Source: Escherichia phage ekra
Strand: one strand, 5' to 3'
Sequence record: MN850644.1
Length of the DNA stretch: 64,000 bases
The notes under the pieces were generated by a model that did not search any database, was not told the DNA's origin, and saw nothing but the letters and a program-made list of their open reading frames with translations. Shown piece after piece: positions 25,990 to 36,279 of this stretch; positions within the stretch are counted from its first letter, which is position 1, and the number at the start of each line of letters is the position of its first letter. Made by a program: the position numbers and the translations under genes.

Positions 25990-28195
25990 CTTGCAGTGCA
26001 GATTTACCTACACCAATGCGACTGTTAAGGTAGTACATGGTTTTCATACCAACTGAGTTGGCATAAATCATGTACTTCAAAGCTTGAGCCAATGATACCT
26101 TCTTAGACTTTGCATAGTCAACATAGAAGTCTGAAGAAATAGCTTGACCAGTGAACTTTTGAACAATTGCATAACAATCAATCATATCAAAGGTGTCAAT
26201 ATCCCAAGCAATTTCATAAACATACTTCAACTCTTCATAATCTGGAACAATAAACAGTACGTTACCAGTTGCAGATTTTTTAGTTAAAATAAAGTCACGA
26301 ATTGGGTACAAGCCATTTGTCGTATTAGTTGCTAGTGAAGAACTCTCATTAGGCATGTAAGCTTCTAATACAGAGTTTCGGATTCCACCATTCTCTTTGA
26401 TACGTTGTGCTAAGTCATCCCAATCATATCTTAGTTTTGCATCATGCTTTTCATCAATCTTCTTGTTAGCTGTCTTTGGAGGAACCCAGCCTTCAGGATA
26501 CTTAGTGAACTTCATGTACTCTGGAACACCACGCTCTTTAGCAAGTCTCAGAGAGGCTTCATGCAGATAGTAAGAGTGCATTTCAGCAAGCTCATGAAGC
26601 TTCGTTTTACCTGCTCGTGAAGAGTAGTTCACGTAGTTCTTCGCAAGGTAATGAGCCACATTTGTAAGGCCAATCCCAACAGAACGACGCTTCTGAACAT
26701 GGTTACGCATCGACGGATACGGATAATCCATAAGGTCAATAACGGAGTCAACCATTGCAAGAGCATAATAAGCAACGTCAGCGTATTCATCTTCTGAAAT
26801 TCTCCCTGCAACCAAACTAGCTAGGAAGCAAAGAGCCACCTCACCATCCTCTTTCACAGCATCATCTCTGTAAAGGTCTGTCTCTTTCTCAAAACCATAC
26901 ACTGGCAACACAATTTCCATACAAAGATTTGACATCTTCAATGACTCTTTAAATGGTGTATGCGTGTTTGCATTGTTAGTGAAGAATGGATACACACGAC
27001 CTGTAGCATAACGCTGTTGAATAAACAGCTTAGCAATTTCACGAGCCTTTACTCGTCTGTGCTTAACTCCTGAATGTACTGCGTGACCAACTGCCATAGC
27101 AAACTCATCAGCAGATGCTGTGTAGAACATGTCATAGAGTTTTGGTGCATCTTTGTAAGAGAATAGCAACCAGTCTGTATCATACTGAACACACTGCCAG
27201 AAATAATCGTTTGTGCCGAATGAGTAGTCCATCTCATTAATACGTTTAGAAGGAACCGTTGTAGGATGCTTCAAACGCAGTAAATCTTCAATCTGCGGGT
27301 CTAGAGCAGTGTAGAAGTTATTAGCTGAACCACCACGACTCTTCTGTTTGTTTGCCTCTACAGATGAACGTACAAGCTTATAATAAGGCAGCTTACCCAT
27401 GTGTTCAATAGTATTTTGACGGATGCCATCACCAATAGTGCGAGTCTCCATCAGCATCCCAATACCAGCTTGCTTTGTGGTCATGTCATAGGCAACCTTT
27501 GCAGCAATACCTAGAGATTCAGCAGTATCATTCGCCTTAATCAAACAGCATGACGCATAACCTGATTTAGTAGCTCTTAAACCGTTTAAATAAGGTGTGG
27601 GAGCATTAATCTTCAGGTCAGATAGATAAGTGTACAGCTTGATAACATCTTGCAGTCTACGGTGCTTTGGTTGCTTCTCAAAAGCTTTCATAGCCATACC
27701 CATAAACATAAATTGTGGTGACTCAAAAAGTCTTCCCGTTTTAATATCACGGATACCATACTTGTCTCTGAACTGTTTCAAGACTGCATAACCGTAAGAG
27801 ATATCTTTTGAGTGTACGATGTAACCTTGCAGGTATTCAAGCTCTTCCTGTGAATAATCCATCTTCTCCCAAAGTCCTGCTCTCTCCATATTTTTAACGA
27901 AGGTAACCAGCGTAGGAACCTTAGTAAAGCCTCCAAAGGCTTCTTTGTAGATAATACCCAAAAGCAGTCGTCCAGCCATATCTGAGTACTCTTGAGTTTG
28001 TTTATCAACACAAACATCAATCATGGCTTGGTGCATCTCTTTTGTAGTGCAACCCTCATAAACACGTTTCATGGCTTCCATAGTGACTTCTGACCAGATA
28101 ATCCCACGTTTATCTGCCCATGATGCCCACTTATTCAGTCTTTCTGGGTCAAAGCTTACTACTGTACCGTTTGATTTTTTAATTGTCTTAATCAT
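25961..28195 (-). CDS. nrdA: Ribonucleotide reductase large subunit (class I alpha)
   Basis: Active-site NLCMEIVLP, C-terminal CEGCGV cysteine pair, 744 aa. Confidence 0.85.
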   Translation of the reverse strand: MIKTIKKSNGTVVSFDPERLNKWASWADKRGIIWSEVTMEAMKRVYEGCTTKEMHQAMIDVCVDKQTQEYSDMAGRLLLGIIYKEAFGGFTKVPTLVTFVKNMERAGLWEKMDYSQEELEYLQGYIVHSKDISYGYAVLKQFRDKYGIRDIKTGRLFESPQFMFMGMAMKAFEKQPKHRRLQDVIKLYTYLSDLKINAPTPYLNGLRATKSGYASCCLIKANDTAESLGIAAKVAYDMTTKQAGIGMLMETRTIGDGIRQNTIEHMGKLPYYKLVRSSVEANKQKSRGGSANNFYTALDPQIEDLLRLKHPTTVPSKRINEMDYSFGTNDYFWQCVQYDTDWLLFSYKDAPKLYDMFYTASADEFAMAVGHAVHSGVKHRRVKAREIAKLFIQQRYATGRVYPFFTNNANTHTPFKESLKMSNLCMEIVLPVYGFEKETDLYRDDAVKEDGEVALCFLASLVAGRISEDEYADVAYYALAMVDSVIDLMDYPYPSMRNHVQKRRSVGIGLTNVAHYLAKNYVNYSSRAGKTKLHELAEMHSYYLHEASLRLAKERGVPEYMKFTKYPEGWVPPKTANKKIDEKHDAKLRYDWDDLAQRIKENGGIRNSVLEAYMPNESSSLATNTTNGLYPIRDFILTKKSATGNVLFIVPDYEELKYVYEIAWDIDTFDMIDCYAIVQKFTGQAISSDFYVDYAKSKKVSLAQALKYMIYANSVGMKTMYYLNSRIGVGKSALQDAYCEGCGV

Positions 28196-28216
28196 TTTTG
28201 AATCCTACAGATGAAA

Positions 28217-28234
28217 AGAGCCTCCGAAGAGGCT
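28217..28234 (-). terminator. Hairpin (gagcctc cgaa gaggctc) with T-run on minus strand
   Basis: Read directly. Confidence 0.5.
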
Positions 28235-28241
28235 CCATAGT

Positions 28242-28577
28242 TTAAATCTTGAAAATTTGCTCATTCTGCCACATATCGTAAAACTTATCACTTACTTTTG
28301 TGACTGACGAGGTGTGCATACAATTTAGGAACCATGATGGTGCGCTAGCATCCATAATTGTTTCAAGTTTTTGTGTAACGTTCACATCCATGTCTGCAAC
28401 AACGTAATTACCTCTCATCTTGCAAACAATTCTTCCAAACAAGATTGCACTTCTACCTCTTCGGTCATCACAGTACATGACTGTGTCTCCGTGCTTAACA
28501 TCTTGTCCGATACTATCAACACCTAACTTAGCACCTGAGATAATGTCATCATAAGATAGCTTTTTTGCTTTAGACAC
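28242..28577 (-). CDS. hypothetical protein (111 aa)
   Basis: ORF. Confidence 0.45.
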   Translation of the reverse strand: MSKAKKLSYDDIISGAKLGVDSIGQDVKHGDTVMYCDDRRGRSAILFGRIVCKMRGNYVVADMDVNVTQKLETIMDASAPSWFLNCMHTSSVTKVSDKFYDMWQNEQIFKI

Positions 28578-28902
28578 GGTATTTCTCCAAGTTTCTTTTC
28601 AGATACAACCAACCATAGTCAGTCCTTTCTACACCCATAAAGAGTGGAGCCATCACAACTTTACCGAAAGTATTTCTGTGTTGGCAGATTTCAAAGGAAT
28701 ACTCTTTCTCAATATCAATCCCATATTTGTACAGGACTGCTTTTAAAACTTGTTCATTGTCCAGAAGTGTATCTGGAGTCTCACCATATTTTTCTAGTAA
28801 CGGGTCATTCATAAACACCGTCATAGAAATATTGTAGTTTGAGAAGTGGCTCTTCTGAGCCACACCCTCTTTATTAATGTTCTGTGAATCCATTATAACC
28901 AA
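28570..28902 (-). CDS. hypothetical protein (110 aa)
   Basis: ORF. Confidence 0.45.
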   Translation of the reverse strand: MVIMDSQNINKEGVAQKSHFSNYNISMTVFMNDPLLEKYGETPDTLLDNEQVLKAVLYKYGIDIEKEYSFEICQHRNTFGKVVMAPLFMGVERTDYGWLYLKRNLEKYRV

Positions 28903-29629
28903 CCCCTTTTAACCAGCACTTCAGGTTATTAGCATCATAATTCAGTTTCGGGTATGAGGTTACATGGAACTGCTCACCATCATAATAGACAATATCTGCA
29001 ATCCATAGTCCATTCTCTTTACAGAAGTCTTTATCTGCTTTAGAGGTAATTGGATTAACTTCTACAAAACCATCTACACCCAAATCCTTTAAGCTACCTA
29101 CAATACCTTTGCAGATAACGCATGTCTCAGATACTACCACAAAAAGTTCTTGGCTTTCAAGTTCTACAATGTATTCACCAAGCTGTACTTTAGGGAGATT
29201 TGATTGCTTCATAATCTTCCCATCGGCTGCACGAACAATAGCATACCACTCTTTACCATCAACTACTGACATTCTGATAATACACTCTTGACCAGTACGC
29301 TTTTCAATGTCTGCAAGACGTTTTAAAGCTTCTTCATAGTCATCTGTGTATTTCAGGTCATTATTATGGCAAACAGCTTTCATAGCACCGTTATGGTCAT
29401 GTTGTGACAGGTAAATCAAACCGTCAAGAACATATTGCAAATCTGCCTGAGCATCCAGTGTCTCAATGGGGTCTTTCTCTTCAATTGCTTTTACAAGCTC
29501 TTTTGCTTCTTCAAGCATACACAGAGATTGAGATTTTAAAGATTCCCAATACTCATCACTGTAAGGTTGCTTTTTAGTGTTTCCACAACGAAGGTTCCAG
29601 TTTTTTACTGATTCTCTTGAGTTAAACAT
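28874..29629 (-). CDS. hypothetical protein (251 aa)
   Basis: ORF. Confidence 0.5.
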   Translation of the reverse strand: MFNSRESVKNWNLRCGNTKKQPYSDEYWESLKSQSLCMLEEAKELVKAIEEKDPIETLDAQADLQYVLDGLIYLSQHDHNGAMKAVCHNNDLKYTDDYEEALKRLADIEKRTGQECIIRMSVVDGKEWYAIVRAADGKIMKQSNLPKVQLGEYIVELESQELFVVVSETCVICKGIVGSLKDLGVDGFVEVNPITSKADKDFCKENGLWIADIVYYDGEQFHVTSYPKLNYDANNLKCWLKGVGYNGFTEH

Positions 29630-29868
29630 TCGGATTCCTTAAAATATTTGTTAACCTTTAGCTCTCGTGTTTCAATATATTCTAGATGTTCACGTAGCTC
29701 TTGACGTTTAAGCATTAGGTGCTGCATTTGAGACTCAACAGCTTCAACTTCTTTAATTATTGACTCTCTAGCATTTGCAAGGATGCGCTCAAGTTCTTCA
29801 ATCTTACTGTCAACTTTTGCTACATGACTCACAGCTTTACTTTTGTTAAACATTTTATTCTCTCTCAA
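29605..29868 (-). CDS. hypothetical coiled-coil protein (87 aa)
   Basis: Heptad-like E/L/K/R-rich sequence. Confidence 0.4.
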   Translation of the reverse strand: MRENKMFNKSKAVSHVAKVDSKIEELERILANARESIIKEVEAVESQMQHLMLKRQELREHLEYIETRELKVNKYFKESECLTQENQ

Positions 29869-29874
29869 TAGTTA

Positions 29875-30372
29875 TCAAGCACAATTTGCTTTCATTACCT
29901 TATGGATTCTTTTTTCAGCATCTTCATAAGTTTCTTTAGTAATAAACTTAATTGCTGCAATATTGGCATTGTAGAAGAGTCTGAGCTTCGAGTCAATCCT
30001 TTTTGTCATTACATCGAATTTATGTTGAAGGTTTGCTTCACCATAGACTAGGCCACCTTTTGTGTAGTAGGTCTGAATAATGTAAAAGTCAAAAAATTCT
30101 TTTCCAAAGCTCTCAATATCTTTTTTAATATACTCAGAAGAAGTCTCGTAAGTCATCCAATCACTCTCCTTAGTGACTACCTTCTTCCGAGTCTTCCCAG
30201 CAACTTTTCTTTTTGTCACACTGTTAAGCTGTTTCTTTCCGATATAATATTGTCCAGTCTTCTTACAGTGCACTAAATAGACAAAGCCAAAATGTTTAGT
30301 GGGGTCAACTTCCCCACATAAAGATACCCAATGACCGTAGGTAGGGCAATTGCCAAATCCTTTAATCTTCAT
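29875..30372 (-). CDS. Possible GIY-YIG-type homing endonuclease
   Basis: FVYLVHCKKTGQYYIGKK resembles the GIY...YIG motif; adjacent to HNH endonuclease. Confidence 0.35.
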   Translation of the reverse strand: MKIKGFGNCPTYGHWVSLCGEVDPTKHFGFVYLVHCKKTGQYYIGKKQLNSVTKRKVAGKTRKKVVTKESDWMTYETSSEYIKKDIESFGKEFFDFYIIQTYYTKGGLVYGEANLQHKFDVMTKRIDSKLRLFYNANIAAIKFITKETYEDAEKRIHKVMKANCA

Positions 30373-30869
30373 TCATAAGCTTCTCCGTGATTTGAAAACT
30401 CTTTATGTAGTTCTTCTCTTTTCTTTGTGACTGCATCTTTGGCATCTTCAATACTGTCAAAATACCCCAGAAAGTGAGATACTCCGTGTGTCATAACTCT
30501 GGCCTTCCATTTTTGGTTAGCCTTATAGAAAGATACACCCTTAACTCCAGATGTGTTGTTGGAGTGTGTTCTTCTATTCCAAGAGTTTTCAGCTTGTGTG
30601 CAAACCCTTAGATTTAATCTCCGATTATCATTAGTAATACCGTTTCGATGGTCTACTCTGTTAGGTAGGAAACCGTCTGTGTACAGGATTGCTAAATCAT
30701 GAGCCATATAGGGTTTTCTTTTAATTTTTATCCTAATATAACCTCGCTTATGTGGTGTACCTGCAATGGAACCTATAACTGTTCTTTTAGCTGATTTCTT
30801 TATCCACGTAAAGACCCCTGTTTCGGGGTCATAGTGTAGATATTCTTTAAGTATCTGCTGAGTCAACAT
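30369..30869 (-). CDS. HNH homing endonuclease with AP2 domain (paralog 2)
   Basis: HYDPETGVFTW, GYIRIKIKRKPYMAHDLAILY, VDHRNGITNDNRRLNLRV, SGVKGVSFYKANQKWKARV; probable start at MLTQQILKEY. Confidence 0.75.
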   Translation of the reverse strand: MLTQQILKEYLHYDPETGVFTWIKKSAKRTVIGSIAGTPHKRGYIRIKIKRKPYMAHDLAILYTDGFLPNRVDHRNGITNDNRRLNLRVCTQAENSWNRRTHSNNTSGVKGVSFYKANQKWKARVMTHGVSHFLGYFDSIEDAKDAVTKKREELHKEFSNHGEAYE

Positions 30870-31893
30870 TTGGAGTCCAACCATACTTTTCAAATGAAAA
30901 AATATCTGATTTATTTCGCTCTTGATAAGCTAGGAAGAAATGCTGTTCCATTAACTCTAACGGCGTCTTTGTAACGGTCTGTCCATCCCATGACACATAG
31001 GTATAAGAGTCTTTTTTAGCATAAAGTTCATAGATAGCGTCAAGACACTCTTTGTAGGTCTCTTTACCCTCTAAAGCATTCATCACAGCTACTTTACCAG
31101 CACCTTTTAGGCCGAAGTAGTTGTCTGCATTATCTCCAGCAACAGCCTGATAACACAAGAATTTAAAACCTACACCAACTGTTTTTGCAGCTTTTGGTTT
31201 TGATTTGATAGGGCAATCCCAGATATTACCAACATTATTATCAGCGATAAAAATTAGTGGTGATTTTTCATAAGTCATATCAATACAATAAGTCCCTTCA
31301 GCTTGTCGAAGGTCTTTGTCAATACTCATAAGAGCAGCTTTCTTACCCATCTTTTCAGCTTTAGCAATTACGATTGAATCGGCTTCGAAGCCCCCCTTTA
31401 AGAGTTTGAACTCTGGTCTTGACAGGAGATACTCACGACAAGCAACTAAGTGTGTTGGTGTGACAGCATCTTTGCGGTTACCTTGATATTGGTGCTCGAG
31501 ACCTTTAATGTCTTTATGTTTATGCACACCTTTCTCTGTTAAATAACCTACCCAAGTTCTCTCTTTACCAACAACCTTAAGCCATTCCTGAAGCACCTGT
31601 TGAGTAGCCATGATAGCTTCTTTTTCACTCTTAGCTTCTTTCCAAGTCTGTCTTTCCCATTCATCTTCATCAAATGTCAGGCCAAGTTCTTCCACAAGGA
31701 TTCTCTGGTCTGCTAACCATCTTGCAGCATCTTTCGCATTATCAAATGGTTCAGATTCTTCTGCTGTGAGTTTATTGACATATTTATATTTTGCTTTCTC
31801 AACTACACAAGCACCTTTATAGGCAATACTGTCAGAGTCAATAAAAACATGTGTAACTGAATCGGGAAGTTTTGTTAATGTGTACTTCTCCAT
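30847..31893 (-). CDS. Putative 5-prime-3-prime exonuclease / flap endonuclease
   Basis: N-terminal VFIDSDSIAYKGA resembles FEN-family N-terminal motif; location in replication module; tentative. Confidence 0.4.
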   Translation of the reverse strand: MEKYTLTKLPDSVTHVFIDSDSIAYKGACVVEKAKYKYVNKLTAEESEPFDNAKDAARWLADQRILVEELGLTFDEDEWERQTWKEAKSEKEAIMATQQVLQEWLKVVGKERTWVGYLTEKGVHKHKDIKGLEHQYQGNRKDAVTPTHLVACREYLLSRPEFKLLKGGFEADSIVIAKAEKMGKKAALMSIDKDLRQAEGTYCIDMTYEKSPLIFIADNNVGNIWDCPIKSKPKAAKTVGVGFKFLCYQAVAGDNADNYFGLKGAGKVAVMNALEGKETYKECLDAIYELYAKKDSYTYVSWDGQTVTKTPLELMEQHFFLAYQERNKSDIFSFEKYGWTPNVDSADT

Positions 31894-31955
31894 TATGGCT
31901 CTCCATATGAAAAAGCCCCATACTAAGTACAGGGCTTTAAAGTAACTTTTAGAGA

Positions 31956-32813
31956 TTAGTCTTCTGTATCGAAGTCTTCATCTTCTTCGTCATCTGGGTC
32001 TGGCAAATCTTCATCATCACCATCATCAGAAGCATTCGAAGGTTTATGGTCTGTTGCGTCTTCTTCAGTGATTTCACCGTTATCTTCAACACCATCAAGA
32101 CCAAGCATAGCCAGTTCATCTTCATCAAGTTCAGGTTCACCATTAGCACCGTTACCACCAGTGTAAGGTACAAGAGTATCAATGATAAACTGTTCCTGAA
32201 TAGGTTTTGTCAGAACATTGTTCTCAAAAGTGTAGAAGTGAGTAGAAAGAATCACACTACCAAAAGAACCGTTACCAACTGCGATATCTGGATGAATTAC
32301 ATCATAGTTCTTGTCATCTTCATGTTTATCAGATGCTTGAGCTTTGATTTTCTTCATCGGCTGCTTAACAGCTACACGCTTACCATTTACTTCTTCAATC
32401 AGCATTACAGGGAATGACTGTTTAGCTGTCCATACAGCACCATCTTTATAAGCTGCTGCACGACTTACTTTCAAGATGTAGTAAGTGTCTGCTTCAAAAG
32501 GTGGCTTACAACCAAACTTCTCTTCAAAGTCATCTGCGTCAACTGCTTCAGTAGTAACTTTATCCCAGCCTTCTGGATTTTTCTTAGACTTAGTAAACTC
32601 TTTAAAGAGCTTGTTACCGTCTTCTGCCAGAATTGATACGCTGTAGTTACAATCTTTTCCTGGGAATTTTTTATCAATAGACTTACCTTTTCCCGGACGT
32701 GGTGAAGTGTTCAGGTAATAAAACCAGACATCTTTCAGCAGGTAACGCAGAGTTTGACGTTCAGTACCGTTGTACTTCTCTACCGGAGCTTTCATTTTAA
32801 CAACTTTAGACAT
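31956..32813 (-). CDS. Single-stranded DNA-binding protein candidate
   Basis: Extremely acidic C-terminal tail DDGDDEDLPDPDDEEDEDFDTED; position next to primase-helicase. Confidence 0.45.
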   Translation of the reverse strand: MSKVVKMKAPVEKYNGTERQTLRYLLKDVWFYYLNTSPRPGKGKSIDKKFPGKDCNYSVSILAEDGNKLFKEFTKSKKNPEGWDKVTTEAVDADDFEEKFGCKPPFEADTYYILKVSRAAAYKDGAVWTAKQSFPVMLIEEVNGKRVAVKQPMKKIKAQASDKHEDDKNYDVIHPDIAVGNGSFGSVILSTHFYTFENNVLTKPIQEQFIIDTLVPYTGGNGANGEPELDEDELAMLGLDGVEDNGEITEEDATDHKPSNASDDGDDEDLPDPDDEEDEDFDTED

Positions 32814-33287
32814 TATTTAAACCTCTATCTCAATTTATGAAGAGTACCAATTCTAATTTGTTGATACTCTATTGTCAAATACTAATTACTGGAAGTTGTG
32901 CTTATCTTTAGAAGCTGCTTTACGTGCAGTTTTTCCAGTTCTTACACGTTTTTCTTCATAGTATTTTGCTGGTTTTCCAGCAGTGGCTTTTAAGGAATCC
33001 CCAAAAACTTTTTCAAATGCTTTAGAGTGTTTCATGATATTCTCCGATATACTTGATATTCAAACACATTTTCTTTAATTATAAACAGCCAACTAATATT
33101 ATGCTGAGGCAGTGCAATGATGACTGTAATCGTGCTTTGGCAGAAATCTTCTTTTATCTCAACTCCCCCATTGCATTTCATGAGGAGCATTCTATAGAAC
33201 CTATCAACCTTTGTCAAACACTCTTCCTGAAATTTATTTAAACTCTTTTCTTCAAAGAAGGGTATGAACCCCTCTCTTTTATAACTA

Positions 33288-35279
33288 TCACTCAGTTTCG
33301 AACGGGCAGTCATCTGCATCCTCACTTAATACAGGTGGAATCGTTGAACTTTGACGCTGTTCTTCAGTATAGACTTCACCAGTCTCACGGTCAAACACTT
33401 CATCCTCATAATGAGGTAAAGAGTCATCATAATGGTCTTCAGCTTCACCAATACCAAACTGCTGGCGAATATTTTCTGCTGCACCATCAATATCAACACC
33501 ACATCCAGAAGCTTTGATAAGACGTCCTGTATCTGGATTGTACCAAGTATGACCAGCAATACCTGTTGACTTACCATGACGACGACACTTAGTTAACTTG
33601 ATTTTTGTCAAGTTTTTCTTAACAGGGTCTGGGTCAACCTTGTTACGCATTAACAGGATGTTATTCATAGAAATCTGGAAATACGCACCAGAACCTTTGA
33701 TATCCTCTTCAGAGATGTCTCCACCTTCAGAGTTGGCTTTCTGACCACCTGCACTCTTACGAACGTGACATACGTTTACCTGTGCATACTGGTAGCGTTT
33801 GCAACGACGCAATAGCTCAGACAAGACTTCCTCTTCATCCGTATCAGAACGTGACAGAGCCAACGTAATAGGGTCAAGAATAATAATCTTACAGTCTAAA
33901 CTGTTAACAAGGTAGTCAACAAACTCTAGCAGGTTATCTTGGTCAATTGCCCCTTGATGGTCAACGATATGGATACGACGACCTTTAGACAGTTCTGCGT
34001 GTGCTCCTTTTAATTCATCCCAATCCCGTTCATCATAAGGAATCTCAGAAATCTGTTTGCTCAGGTGGATTGCACAGAGCATCTCCATCAACTCTTCATA
34101 GGTATCTTCTACAGGAATTACACCGATATTATAGTCAGTTTCTTTCCAAGCGGAATAAATCATCTCACGAGTGTAAGCTGACTTACCTACTGAGGATGGT
34201 GCTGCCAGAGTTGTAATCTCACCTAAACCATAACCACCATAAGTCAGTCTGTTCAAATCTCCGAAAGATTCTGGGAAAGGAATCAATGGAATCTGACCAC
34301 GATTCTTCATTGCCTCAAAACCATCTGCGAAGTTCTTGATACCAGCAGGACAGTAACGAGGTGCATTGTAGATACGCTGCTTAAATCCTTCCAGAACTGT
34401 ATCTTTCTCTTTATAGAACTTTGTCCACCACTCGTTAAGGTCTTTTACACCTTCTGGATACTGGAATAAACGAACCTTCTCAATAGGGAGAATACCAGCA
34501 GCCTCTTTGGTAGCTTTAGCACCTGCTTCATCGTTATCAAAGCACAAGTAAATCTCATTAAATGATGTAATGTACTGATAGTTGTCTTTGATAGACTTGA
34601 TGTTTGCACCTGATGGAACAGATACGTGACAGTAATTCTTACGACGAGACTTGTCCTTAATCGCAAGAGAAGTCATATAGATTGCTGTTGCACATTCCAT
34701 CTCACCTTCCCAGATGAATAGACGGTTACCACCTTCTGGAGCAATCCATGAACCAAACATTGCCAGTTCACCTTTAATGTCTCCAACACCACCTGAAAAG
34801 TCTTTTAGTTTACCTCGTAGGTGTTCTTTTGGATGGTCTTCTGGGTAACGGTGACGAACACGGTAGCCAACATGTTCTAGCTTACCATCTTCATTACGTT
34901 TGTAAGTTGGATAGAAGTGCGCATCAATTTCACCGTCACTGTCAATGTCAATCTTAATACCCAAACGCTCAAGAACTTTTGCAGGAATCTTCCTGTCTTT
35001 CAAGTCCATTGCTTCTAGGTTTTCTTTTACATCGTCTAAATCCATTCCACGGAAAGTACGGTTTTTATTGTCTGAACCAGTAGAATAAGTGCTCACGATT
35101 TGTCCTTTATCAAAATCCCACTCTGGGAAACCTTTGTTACAACTAAAGCAAGTCATCGAATAAGAATCATCGTCATGATGATAGATTGAACCAGCATCTG
35201 ATGAACCACAACGTGGACATGCACAATGACCAATAAACTGACCAGCCTCTTTCAATTTACGACCTTTAGACATTAGCAC
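33288..35279 (-). CDS. Bifunctional DNA primase-helicase (T7 gp4-like)
   Basis: N-terminal zinc finger CACPRCGSSD...CFSCNKGF; Walker A APSSVGKSAY in C-terminal DnaB-like half; 663 aa. Confidence 0.8.
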   Translation of the reverse strand: MLMSKGRKLKEAGQFIGHCACPRCGSSDAGSIYHHDDDSYSMTCFSCNKGFPEWDFDKGQIVSTYSTGSDNKNRTFRGMDLDDVKENLEAMDLKDRKIPAKVLERLGIKIDIDSDGEIDAHFYPTYKRNEDGKLEHVGYRVRHRYPEDHPKEHLRGKLKDFSGGVGDIKGELAMFGSWIAPEGGNRLFIWEGEMECATAIYMTSLAIKDKSRRKNYCHVSVPSGANIKSIKDNYQYITSFNEIYLCFDNDEAGAKATKEAAGILPIEKVRLFQYPEGVKDLNEWWTKFYKEKDTVLEGFKQRIYNAPRYCPAGIKNFADGFEAMKNRGQIPLIPFPESFGDLNRLTYGGYGLGEITTLAAPSSVGKSAYTREMIYSAWKETDYNIGVIPVEDTYEELMEMLCAIHLSKQISEIPYDERDWDELKGAHAELSKGRRIHIVDHQGAIDQDNLLEFVDYLVNSLDCKIIILDPITLALSRSDTDEEEVLSELLRRCKRYQYAQVNVCHVRKSAGGQKANSEGGDISEEDIKGSGAYFQISMNNILLMRNKVDPDPVKKNLTKIKLTKCRRHGKSTGIAGHTWYNPDTGRLIKASGCGVDIDGAAENIRQQFGIGEAEDHYDDSLPHYEDEVFDRETGEVYTEEQRQSSTIPPVLSEDADDCPFETE

Positions 35280-35466
35280 CTCTTCGTTGTAGTTCTGCCT
35301 TCAATCCATTTTCAATCTTGTCCAGTTCATGAATTTCATCTGCAATCTCTTTCCTTCGTGATTCAACTCTCTTAAGACGTTCAATCATTACCTCATTGGA
35401 AAGAGATGAGAGTTCCACTAAACGGTGGTCAATAACTTTAAAATTGTCTTTTACTCTCATCTTCAT
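35266..35466 (-). CDS. hypothetical coiled-coil protein (66 aa)
   Basis: ORF. Confidence 0.4.
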   Translation of the reverse strand: MKMRVKDNFKVIDHRLVELSSLSNEVMIERLKRVESRRKEIADEIHELDKIENGLKAELQRRGANV

Positions 35467-35474
35467 TCTCTCTT

Positions 35475-36218
35475 TTAAATCTTCAGGATAGCTCTTAGTT
35501 TGCTCTCAAGGTCTGCAAGAGTACCATTATTATGAATAATGTCACGCTCATATTTTGTAGAAATGCCATTTTCTGAAACATGTGATGAAACTTTGTCCAC
35601 ATTGTCTCTTTTTACTTCAATAGTTTGGTGTGCAAATCTACTCAGCCACTCAGCTTCAGAGTCAAACCTTAAATCACTGATTAAAACAACGCCTTCTTGA
35701 TTTCTAAGTGAACAAACATCAAAGAAATTTACCATTCGTTTTTCAAGGTCTTTAGCCCAGAACTTGTCACCCATAACTTTTCGGATAACTTCAGTGCCCC
35801 AAATCTGTTGAATTTGTCTTGATGAAAATTTATACTTCTTGCTAAATCCCAGACGTGTTAATAGAGTCGGTTTAGCAACCTTCTTAAGCTCCATGATTAA
35901 TCGTCCGGTTAACTCTGACATAAGCTTAAAATCCATATGGTAACGTTCGCCTTTGAAGGTGAACTCCATAGCTTCGGTAACTTTGAACATTAGTTCAGGA
36001 TATGATAAGTCAAAAACCTGTGGAGTCTCTTTAGTTTCACCATACAGGTCATTCCAAGTCAGGTCAAATATCCTTGATGCAGATAGCTTAAGGTTGTCTG
36101 CATAGGCCATTACTGCAACATTGTAGCCGTACTCATCCTCTAAGATGTTCTTCACAATCGAACATGAGGTGTCTTTTCCAGAACGTGCCTTTCCAGTAAA
36201 TGCAATAATATTACTCAT
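35475..36218 (-). CDS. P-loop kinase, T4 gp1-like deoxynucleoside monophosphate kinase candidate
   Basis: N-terminus MSNIIAFTGKARSGKDT resembles T4 dNMP kinase N-terminus. Confidence 0.55.
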   Translation of the reverse strand: MSNIIAFTGKARSGKDTSCSIVKNILEDEYGYNVAVMAYADNLKLSASRIFDLTWNDLYGETKETPQVFDLSYPELMFKVTEAMEFTFKGERYHMDFKLMSELTGRLIMELKKVAKPTLLTRLGFSKKYKFSSRQIQQIWGTEVIRKVMGDKFWAKDLEKRMVNFFDVCSLRNQEGVVLISDLRFDSEAEWLSRFAHQTIEVKRDNVDKVSSHVSENGISTKYERDIIHNNGTLADLESKLRAILKI

Positions 36219-36279
36219 TTTATCTCCCTTAATTACTAAAAAGCCCCCAACTAAGGAGGCTTGTAAGATTTATAAAGAC

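Noticed and set aside
31949-32417. ORFs 31949-32182 (minus) and 32046-32417 (plus) overlapping the SSB candidate
   Set aside because: Out-of-frame or antisense to the longer 31956-32813 ORF; their composition reflects the acidic-tail codons read in other frames.
33032-33325. ORF 33032-33325 (minus) between the SSB candidate and primase-helicase
   Set aside because: Overlaps the end of the primase-helicase gene, is AT-rich with no clear RBS; kept as unannotated intergenic region.
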